Source: Asterias rubens | Lineage: Eukaryota | Direction: 5' to 3' | Length of the DNA stretch: 64,000 bases | Assembly: GCF_902459465.1 (NCBI RefSeq) | Contig: NC_047071.1 | Span: 4,774,001 to 4,838,000 of the forward strand | Part shown: in pieces, positions 22,298-32,578 of the stretch | Layout: each line of letters begins with the position of its first letter | Numbering within the stretch: position 1 is the first letter of the stretch | The notes under the pieces: generated by a model | Database searches by the model: none | Seen by the model: the letters and a program-made list of their open reading frames with translations, nothing else | What the model was told of the DNA's origin: nothing | Translations under genes and position numbers: made by a program

Positions 22298-25200
22298 CTG
22301 TCACGAGGAACAAATCAGAAACAATAATTGGGAAGGTTTTGTCCCGGTTTGTGTACAAAATAATTATAGGTTCGATGATGACTTCTTCTTTCGAGTCCAT
22401 CATCTACTCTTCAAATGCTTGGTCAGGATTGGGCACATCTTACAGCCTTCTCTTTGCTGTCAACAGGTCTTCAAGTCAGCACTGCTCCTCAACGGCTGGG
22501 CATCGTATAGAAGGTGTGGCATAGTGATGACTATAATCCACAGAGATTTATAGAGTTGAGTTTTACCTGATCCTGTGTTGCCGGATTCTGCGTGGATGAA
22601 TTGGTTGATGGTTGAGTACTATCCGCTTTCTTGACAACCTGAGGAAGATCATCAATCTGGGGCACCCAGTTGCGATACTCTGTAAATAAGGAAGGAGACA
22701 AAGGAACAACAATAAGACAATGAAGAATGGCACTTCGTTCATTTTTGTGAAGGCATCATGGATGGTTTTATTGCCAACTTTTAAATATTAAAGGCTGATT
22801 TATAAGGAATTCCATGAAATCTTACCGTCAGTGATCATGTCTTCATCCGGAGCAGCATGGTAACTAATCTGTCCAAGTAGCTCGGCAAACTTGGCATCTT
22901 CCCAAAACTTGTCTCCTCTGATGTATTCCTTGTCGTTATAAAGCTGGATGTAGAGAAGCTGAGCAAACAACATACTCATAGAGCCAGCTGGTGGCCAAGC
23001 TGTCTTCTCAATGAGTACAGGAATGATTGGCTTGTTCAACAGGTTGGCGAGATTTACCTGTTATAGAATAAAAGGCTTCATTGTTAGCATGGATTGAATG
23101 TTATGGGGTACGTCAACGAGGAATACTGCAACATACATTAAAAATGACATCCCACTTCTGACACCATTTTTGTCGTACAACGCTAGGACTCGTTGTACAG
23201 TTTAATTCTGTTTAGCACCGGGCTCTATTTAGTGTACTGTGTACTACTCTGAAGTACACAAAACAAGTTCAACAGGCATTTAATCTTCAATGACTTTCAT
23301 GTGCCGTTTAGAGCTTACCTCTTTATTGCAGTTTTCCGACTTGGAGTACTTCTCAGTGCACATGCAGAGGACTACCTTTGCAGCTCTCATGCCGTCGTTG
23401 ATCTTAGCAAAAAGGCTATCACCACCTCCCATCTGACCGATATCCAGCCAGCAACCAAAGCCAGCTTTCTCAAGATGTTCCTTGATGACTTTCACCTCTG
23501 CTTGATGATCCCACTGGTAGCTGATGAAGACCCGAGGGGGTTTCTCTGACATGTCAGGGGCAGCCTTTGGTACCAGAGCATCTAGCATACACGGAAAATT
23601 CAAATTATTGCTTTGATGTGCCAAATGCTTTTTTTTATATCATGATCAATTTTCGGTTAAAATTTAATTACCCGACTCCGTTTTTGTGTTTTGGATTAAT
23701 CACTACTTTGGTACAATACCCTAAAACAACTTGTAGTGTATGCCAAGTTATTTGGAAAGAAATGTGTTTGCTGTTTTTAAAATGTTGATGTATTGAAGAC
23801 TATACGTTTGCTGTGAGAACGCCAAAAAGTGACTAGTATTAAAACGGAGATACTATTAAAACGTCATCACTATGACGTCATCATACCTGCAACTTAATTT
23901 GGTTACCGTTGTAAAAGTATTGATGTATAGAATAATTCGTCTGCCGTGAAAACACCATAATGTAACCAGTGTTAACTGGAGATACCAATCTACGTCATCA
24001 TACCTGCAGATTGCAATGATTCCTCCACAATGGCGGACGCATCTTCTCTACCCATATCCTGTAATGCAGTCAGTACAGCATACGTAGCTTCACTACTCTT
24101 ATGTACAGTGTACCATTCCGCCAGTAGGGCCATCGTAGGGTCTGGAGACAGTGCCCAGTTGCGGACATCTTCTCCTGTGAAGCCAAGACGGATAGCCAGG
24201 TACCTCCAATCGTGTTCATGCTCGGGGTTGAGAAGCTTGGAGACGTCTCGTGACCACTTTGGTGCATTGGTGATCGTCTGAATTTAAAAGATGTGATACA
24301 AAATGTTGATGTTCATTGGATCTAAAGTTAACTTTGACACAAATTGTCTTCTCTTTTATAAGTAGCCATGTTTGATAAACTTGTAAAGGTCTTTGACAAT
24401 ACTAACTTTGTGATCGATTTCGTCAACTTTTAACACCGTGTCGTCAACCACTTCTTCAAGCTCGTCCAGCCTTTCACCTTGTTCCACAACCTCGTTCTTC
24501 ACATTGTCGATCTCCTGGCTTTGCTCTGTTACAGTCTTATCAAGTCGATCCACATTCTCCTCCGTCACGGTTACTCGGGTATCCAAGGTCTTGACGTCAT
24601 CTTTGACTTCGTCCACTTCATCAGCAAGAGTTTCCAAGCTGGAAAAACATAGGGTGCGTTCGTTTAGCTTCCCTGGGTCGACCCGTCCTGGTGTGTGGCG
24701 TTTTTTTTCCCCAGGACGAACGTGTGCAGATAATTACCCACGATCGTCCTGGAAGAAAAAACCGCCACACACCGGGGTCGACCCAGGGAATGCACCCATA
24801 TTGTGATACAAAACCTTACCTCAACGGTACTACAATGTGTTTATAAGTGGCCATGATTGAAACACTTATGAAAGTCTTGTGAAAAAATTGTTTTATTGCT
24901 TCTTCTTGAAAACAAATGTATTACACTTTCAACTGCCTCACTGTCATTTGTTCTTGACAAGTTATCATAGGCTGGCTTTATGTGCTAAACCGTCTGTTAT
25001 AATGGAAGGGGGGGGGCTTTGTTTTAATTACGAATATAGAAATGAATTAATCTTACCTCCGACCTTCCATAAAGTCTATCAAACTCTGTATAAGATCAGG
25101 CACACCCATCTGTTGACTTGTCTTAAACGGTTCAATAACAGCTCTGTACTTCTTCAAGATTTCTACGTATTTTCGGCCAACCCTCTTCATCTCCATTAAG

Positions 25201-28200
25201 ATGGTACTAATCCACATGTCGTCAGATGTCTTCAGCTTGTCTGTGAATATTTTGAGGCAACGGTCAGCTTGTTTCTGTACAAACACAGAGAGAAATTTTC
25301 AGTTACCATCGCTGTACTATAGTTTGCTTTCGAACACAGTCTGGGTATCAAAAGAGGTCAAGTCGTCTTGCTAACAGCAATAAAAGCAAATGACATACCT
25401 AACGTAAAAGCCAGATTCATACTTCATGCGAATTTTGACGTCACAAATTCGCAGCGTCGCATCAGTTGAGCTCCAACAGCTCAATTTGACTTGTGACGTC
25501 AAAATTCGCTTCGTAGTTGCATTCGCAGGAAGTTCAAACTGCTTTAGAGTTCTACTTGTAGCAGCAGTATCGCTCTTACCTCATCAATTTGGCCGACACT
25601 TGCAACTACCTTGGCTACAGCGTGGATCGTGTGTGGTGTCTGCTTAGTCACCCGTAACAACTTGTCGATCTTGTCGACAAAGAGTTCTGGGAATTTGATC
25701 GACACAGTTCCTAGGACCATGAGAACCTGATGAGAAAGCTGACCATTTGTTACGTCACCCATCATCAGATCGACGTAAGGCACTAATAACTAGAAAAAAA
25801 GACAAATTTAACTGGAGTGAGGGTTTGAAAACTATGAAAAGCTTATGTACTTCTAACTAAAAGTTTTTTATTGCCATTAATTTTTAAACTACCAAACTTA
25901 TACCTTCCATTTAAATTACCAAGTAACTTTCGAATGGTTAGTTGATGATTTTAAAAAGTATTTCGTTACTTGGGTTACACTCGGTTTGTTTACCTTAACC
26001 CCGTTGAAATGGTAACACATTTTTACACTTTCAATTCAAATAATTTACAACTTTACCAATAATGACTTTTAGAAAGGCTTATCATATATACCTTGGCGTT
26101 ATCCTTGGCTACGTCATCCCATAACATATACATGTAGGTTTTGTTGGATTGATTCATATCTTCCATATACTCAGCTAATTTGTCGAACCTACTCAGAATT
26201 GGTTCTGGACTTGCGGCATATAGAGGCTTCAAAACAACTGTAAAATAAGGTAAAATAAACATCTATTGACCATAATTCTCAAGGAGAACTTTAAAAATGT
26301 CATGGTGTGTGGCAAAACCAACAATTATTGAAAGTATAAGCCCCTTACTGATAAGGTTAAGAAGTAAAAGATAAACTTGAAACTAATTCATCAAGGATTG
26401 TCAAATGAGCAAGAAAAGTTACAAGAACACCACCTTAAAGGAACGTTACAGAATTGGTAAGAAACAAAAATCCTGAAGATCACAGATTTACATCAAACTT
26501 ACACGGTCCAATGATGATGATAAAAATTTAGTTGAAAACATCCCTTGAAATATTTATGTCTGAAATGTCATATTTGATGAGAAATAAATAATCTTACTTC
26601 GCGTTTGGAGTTGATCGCTCAGTGAGCGTTTTATTCATTTTTATTTTGGCATCGATGCAAAGCAAAATTTGTAATCGGTTGTTCACCATTCTCTCGTGAT
26701 CTAGATGGCCGATCGATCTCAAACTTCGACAGGTTTGTCAGTTAATGTATAGGGTGGATTACATAAAGTACACTGCCAGCAACAGTTTTGTTAGCAAAAA
26801 CCAATTCTGTAATGTTCCTTTAAATAAAGTCTGAAAAACTAATTTGGTGTTGATCTAAAATTGTCATTTTGAGATTGTATAAAAAACCTGATGTGGCTAG
26901 CACTTATACAATTAGGACTTATATCGGCACAATAATTATAACAGCATTATTTGAAAGCAGTTTGCAGGTTTTTTTTTAAACACTGAAAGATGTCCTTCAA
27001 TATATTATAGAATATTGTGTTGTGTTGTAAACAGTTTGAAGTAAAATTGAGACAACATACGGCCAATCATGTCACTTTTCCCAGCCAGGAATACTTCTAT
27101 AACATCATCAGCACATGGTGCGAGTAGATCTATTTGTTGGTAGAACCTTGTAACACAACCAGATGCTACGGTAACCAACGTCTCGCAGTCTCCTTTAAGA
27201 ATCGTCATCACTCCCGGGATGAAGTCTTTGATGGCCCTTGCGTTACCACAGTGCTGTGGGGAAATAATTAGGAATCAACTGTTTGGATGATGAGGACAGA
27301 GAATGAATGATTGATAAAGAGTTGTTGTTCCTCTTCCAGAATTAAGTGATTTACAGAATCAATGATGACTATCTTATCTTATCATGGGAGGGTCCTCTAC
27401 TGTAAAGAATTGAAGTGTTTCTTGCGATTTACATGTACCGTCAGTAGTAACTACCTTTTAGGGGAAAAAAAAACAGGGAGACGGTGTTCTATTTAGAACT
27501 TGTATTCCTTTATATTCTACTACCACGGGGTAGATTTTCGGAATTCGGGTGACAAGAAAAGAACTGTCCTGCTTATAACCGTAAACCAAAATTGATACCT
27601 CACCAAGCAATGCCTGAAATCCCATTGACTGACCCACCTTAATAACGAATGCAGAGCAGATAGTCAACGCTATGAGCCCCCATCCTGAGTACGGTTCACC
27701 GTCCAACTCCTGTGTCAGCACAAACTGGAATATTTCATTCAACTCCTTCGCATATTTTGATGGTGCTCTGAATATCAAACAAAAGTATAAAGTTGAAGAA
27801 AATGTCAGATGTGCCATTTCGATTTAGTCATAACTCTGTTTGCAAGCTTTCCAATAGCTCTTATATGAAGTGATCAGATCATACTGGTAGAAATTTTGAG
27901 TTGTTAACCATCGGCTCTTTCCAGAACAACCACTACTCAAAAGAAATGTACATGTGGTGTTCCGCATCTAACATGATTAAACTCTTTTGAAAAAGAAAAA
28001 AAGAAGGAATTCAATAGAGGTCGCTGTTTATTGTATGTTAACTTTATTCAATAATTCACATAGAATGGAGAAATAAAACACACAGTGATATATAATAATA
28101 ATCAAAAGAAGTAAGTTCCAGTTTATTTTGGAGCCTTCTACAAGGGCATTTGTCGCATTTTTTTTTGTCTAAGGAGCAACTTTAACACGCAATAATCACA

Positions 28201-30889
28201 AAATGATGATACAAATTAATGTGAACAAGATTGAATATACCATTGGAATGTGCTCACATTTGTGACATGACATCAATTTGGAGAAATACATGCAATATTA
28301 GAGCATTTCCGTAATATTTCAAATTAATACACACTCCACATCTACTTACTTACCCAGCACCTGCTAATGACGATTCTAATGTACTATTAATGGCTTTTAC
28401 TTTGTCACCAGATGAAGATTCCAAATCCAAGTCTCCCGATTTAATCCACACACACATGGCACGTATAATCTCAGCAAGATTATTTTCTGTCCCCTGTTTA
28501 GAAAAAAAATAATATCATGACCACATGTCAGCAATGAACTAAGTTACCAAAATATTATTTGTTGTTTTGTTTGTTGAGATATTTACCTCCCAGGTTATGG
28601 TATGCCATGAGTTTGAAACAAACGCCAATGCTTTAACAATTTGTAAATCGTCTGGTGCCTTGAAGAAGACCACGATGACCTCAACCATGAATTTGCTCAC
28701 TTTCTTCAAAATCTTGTCTCGGCTGAAAAATAGTTAAAGAGAATTTTGTGTAAAAGTTATTTACATAGAACGCGACCACCTTTTGAAATGATTGTATACA
28801 TTTTCATTTCGGCCTATACAGGATTAAAACGCTTGAAAAGTTCCAAAAACTGAAGATATGCTTTGCCTTTAAACAAATTATTGAGAGGGTCTATAAGCTA
28901 ACAAGTAAAGTGTAATAACTGCATAATCAGGGCCCAATTTCATAGAGCTGCTTAAGCAAAAAATTTGCTTAAGCACGAAAATAGTTCGCTTATTTAACAC
29001 ATATTACTGGCAAAAAATGTCATGCCATGTCCACTGCTTGTGACTAATATTTAGCTGTTGTTTACTTAGCATAACAATTGAGTGGAGTCTTAGCCGGTAA
29101 TCTGATTTTACAAAGCAAAGATTTTTTTGCTTAAGCAACATTTTTTGCTTAAAGCAGCTCTATGAAATTGGGCCCAGTCTTTAATTTAGTGACATAATAT
29201 GTTTTTGAAATTATCTGCTGTTATTAAGAACTTACTCAAATGCTTCCATCATTTTCTCGATACATGACGTCATTGCCTTGCCTATTTCGGTGTCACTTGG
29301 TTTGATGTCTTTACCCCACCAATCGTCCTTTTCAGTTCTGATGAGTTTCACTGGAGCTTCAAACGTTTTGATCAGTTTCTCAGCCAATGGGATGCGTTCC
29401 TGCGAAGAAAGTTATCGACAAATTTGTGCTTTACCTTTCTATAGTTCTTTTGTGTTTGGATCTTTTAAAGGCAGTGGACACTATTGGTAATTGTCAAAGA
29501 CTATAGCCTTTACATTTGGTGTATCCCAACATATGCATAAAATAACAAACCTGTGGAAATTTGAGCTCAATCGGTCATCGAACTTGCGAGATAATAATGA
29601 AAGAAAAAAACACCAATGTCACACGAAGTTGTGTGCGTTTAGATGGTTGATTTCGAGACCTCAAGTTCTAAATCTGTGGTCTTGAAATCAAATTCGTGGA
29701 AAATTACTTCTTTCTCGAAAACTAGGGCACTTCAGAGGGAGCCGTTTCTCACAATGATTTATACCATCAACCTCTCCCCATTACATGTACTCGTCACCAA
29801 GAAAGGTTTTATGCTAATAATTATTTTGAGTAATTACCAATAGTGTCCACTGCCTTTAAATAGGCATACGTCAGTGTTTTAAAGCACTCCGATCTTTGAA
29901 CGGGCGCTATAAATATGCCTTTATGTAAATTGTAATGTAATGTCATAATATTCGATGAAATAATCTTGAGCACGAGTTGCAAACATTTTAAAATTCTCCT
30001 GAAGACGAGCAGAGTATACTGTTCGAAACGTCTAGACACAACCGGCTCTTTTCAGAGCCAACACCCACCCTAAGAGATTTACACATGGTTGTACCCGCAA
30101 ATTTACTATTTATTTATAGTTTCTTCTTATTTTAAAATGGTTAACAGATCATGGAAATTTGCATCGGGGATAACAATTATAAATTTTGGTTTTACCCACT
30201 TAAGAAATCTTGTTTTTCAATTCAAAGATGGTTAAAGTCGAAGTTTGTCTGGCTTGTCTTTTTCTTTCCTGTTTGGCCAACTTAAGACATACCTTCCAAT
30301 TTATAATCTTTTTGTCCTTAAACATCTCAGCAGCAAGCTCGTAATACTTAGTTGTTCTTTTCTCAAAGCAAACTTGACATAACTCCACCATTTGGTTCTC
30401 GTATTTATTTTTCCTGAAAAAGAAGTGAAATATTAGAAAACTGTTTACTCCCAAATCCATTGAAGTTAAGCTCCAATTTGAAGTCCTCTCCAACCGGGGT
30501 AAAATATTGGGGGGGGGGGCGGGGGGAATGAGTTTAAAAGAGAGAGAGAGGGGCAATGGCATTTCAAATAAAATCCTGCAATAGCTCAGCAACATTTTAC
30601 ATGGAATTAGTTATGGCATACTTTAAAGCGTAGGTTATTCTTGGCTGCAGTTTGACATAGCTACTTCTATTTTCACACTTAAAAAAAAAAGTAATGATGT
30701 ACGTTAAAAAGGTTCTTACTTTGTTTTGACTTCTTTCAGCATTGGTCTTGTAAGTGCATCACTTAAATCATCGCTCCTCTTGAGATCGTCTTCATCATTT
30801 CTTATCATCTCCAGAACTTGAGGCATGTAAGTCTCAATAGCCGTTGGATCTGCTTTGATCAATTTGGCCAATTCCTTCTTGCTCGCCAT
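21388..30889 (-). CDS. Melted/VEPH1-like ARM - coiled coil - Death - TIR - TIR - CaaX protein, 17 exons, 1156 aa
   Basis: Exons: 30889-30720, 30413-30293, 29399-29236, 28722-28587, 28493-28354, 27767-27638, 27253-27061, 26237-26092, 25789-25580, 25274-25057, 24638-24407, 24277-24004, 23581-23319, 23057-22826, 22679-22567, 22297-22121, 21939-21388. They total 3471 nt in one open frame with canonical GT-AG sites and matching phases at all 16 introns. Confidence 0.9.
22826..23581 (-). CDS. Exons 13-14 of the TIR gene: first TIR (TIR_2-type) domain
   Basis: [23 protein letters not shown]...I..GM.AAKVVL....[10 protein letters not shown]|[13 protein letters not shown]. Confidence 0.9.
24004..24277 (-). 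CDS. Exon 12 of the TIR gene: Death domain
   Basis: Translation (absent from the ORF track): [88 protein letters not shown]. It shows the Death-fold pattern DW..LA..LG, P...LL..W, L..AL..MGR.DA..IV. Confidence 0.85.
24652..24797. mobile_element. Small MITE (GGGTGC ends, 3-bp ATA flanks) in intron 10 of the TIR gene
   Basis: GGGTGCG..TTCCCTGGGTCGACCC..GGTGTGTGGCG / CGCCACACACC.GGGTCGACCCAGGGAA..GCACCC. Confidence 0.75.
25407..25545. mobile_element. Small degenerate MITE in intron 9 of the TIR gene
   Basis: Inverted repeats GCGAATTTTGACGTCACA / TGTGACGTCAAAATTCGC and ATACTTCATGCGAAT / ATTCGCAGGAAGT. Confidence 0.6.
26439..26819. mobile_element. TTAA-TSD MITE (family C) in intron 7 of the TIR gene
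   Basis: TTAA|AGGAACGTTACAGAATTGGT...ACCAATTCTGTAATGTTCCT|TTAA. Confidence 0.85.
28928..29177. mobile_element. MITE with GGGCCCAATTTCATAGAGCTGCTT TIRs (family G)
   Basis: Terminal inverted repeats with CAG on both flanks; a degenerate relative lies at about 5385-5570. Confidence 0.8.
29469..29855. mobile_element. Family-A MITE in intron 2 of the TIR gene
   Basis: Family-A TIRs; TTAA at both ends. Confidence 0.9.
29990..30120 (+). mobile_element. Penelope-like terminal-repeat fragment with a minimal hammerhead motif
   Basis: TTCTC-CTGAAGA-c-GAGCAG(agtata)CTGTTC-GAAACGTC; same family as 3800-3925, with fragments at about 52155-52260 and 52985-53045. Confidence 0.6.
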
Positions 30890-32578
30890 GTTGCCGTTAC
30901 TTTGTGTTTTAACTGAAGGAAATTCTCCGTATACCGCTAGTCTTCAATACCAGTCAGTAGTTGCTGGTTCCACGCTTCACAAGTTTACCTCCATTTTTTA
31001 TTTCAGAGCCTGAAATTGGAAACACGAAATTTGCTCATACATGAACACAGCAAACACTCCTCACTTAGGCACCGATAAGAACAATTTTCTTCTCTCAATT
31101 TTGGTACGAACATTCGAAGATGATTCACCAGCAATATTTGGATTGTCTGAAAGAATGGCTGATATGGGTTCCTGTACAGACACTTCCGCGGTGAATTGTA
31201 CTTTTGATGAAAGTGTCAAATGCACAACCAAGATATCCTTAGTTACAATCAGATGCGGAAGTGAATTCACCTTGGCATGGTTTGATTACTTTGGAACACC
31301 AACAGGGCCTTTAGCAAACTTGACCTCACAACTATTATAGGCAGTATTAATGCTTGATTAAGGGATGAATTTAGAACAGATCATGGAGGTAGAAATAATC
31401 AGATGGAATGAAAAGTTTAAAACTTGATGTAAAACAACTTATAATCGCCTTCATTCGTTACTTAGGTTAACATTTAAAAATTTACTGGTCAATTAAGAAC
31501 ATAATTATGCGGCAAAGATTTTCAATTTTGTGAAAGCCAGCGTCAACCATTCACTTCTATTAAAATGTTTAATTGATTAAAGAACTTAAACTGAAGAAAG
31601 GTGAAGATGTATGAATGCCTATTGGAATATGATGACTAAAACAAAACCATCATGTGTTCACAAAAACGAAACTGAATGTTTACAAACAAACCAAAATGTG
31701 ATTGAGTTATTAGGGGATAATTTGAATGCGTGTTTTTGAAATTGAATTAATTTTTGCTGAAAATACGATATTTTATGCAATTGATTCCCCCAAAATAACA
31801 AATTACGTATATAGAGAGTGTGATGTCCACGCCGTGGGTCTAATGGCTGTGCACGGGTAGCCTATCAATAGTCGGTGATTGGGGGACATTTTCTATTCGT
31901 CATTCAGTTGAGGAAATAGTTATGTTTTGATACGGGTATACCAGACCACAAACTCGCGTGACCTTGCCCATCCGTTTTCCCCAACATTTCATGCACACCA
32001 CACAAACACAATCGTGTTCTATTTACACTTTTTAACTACCATTGTATCTTCCCAGGCTGAATATAGTTTCGAACCTAAATAGGTAGCAATTCTAGAAATT
32101 GAGGAAATCCAATGCGTGAAAACCAAGAGGTGTAACGGGAAGACTTATCTCTGGAACCGAAACTTGGGTTCTTTAATAATTGCTTTTTCGATGTGGATAA
32201 TTCCTGTTGATCTTGGTCATTTACTTTCGGTTCAATTTTGGTCGAAACAGTCGCTATTAAACACGCTCATCAACCAAGTACAACAATTTATTAGAAAAAC
32301 CCAATCTATTTAAGCTACGAAATTTTGAACTTGGCAGAGAGTTTAGGATTAGGAATTTAACATCAGAGACATTAAAGTCTTGGTTTACTGCTCATGTCGG
32401 TAGTTTGTGTACCTCGAAGTAGCTATACGCTTTGAGGACATGGGGAAATGTGATCCATTAGCTAACATCAACTCACTGCTTATTCAAATGCAAATATAAT
32501 TTTTGGATGTATCTTGAAGTGTCCAACACCACATCATGCACGGTAGCACCCACCACCACCTCTTCTCCTCATCTTTAA

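Noticed and set aside
21388-23624. TIR domains as part of a prokaryotic anti-phage system (Thoeris/CBASS-like) or a contaminant
   Set aside because: The gene has 16 canonical spliceosomal introns containing host MITEs and lies among eukaryotic genes.
24438-24806. Ser/Thr-rich 122-aa plus-strand ORF
   Set aside because: Antisense shadow of the coiled-coil exon plus a MITE.
27596-27637. Extension of TIR-gene exon 6 to a downstream GAG|GTATCA donor
   Set aside because: It is also phase 0, but AAG|GTGGGT gives a gap-free fit to the recalled VEPH1 spacing; left unresolved without RNA data.
31041-31340. Overlapping 99-aa (+) and 69-aa (-) ORFs upstream of the TIR gene
   Set aside because: No recognisable domain and no in-frame splice link to the TIR gene exons.
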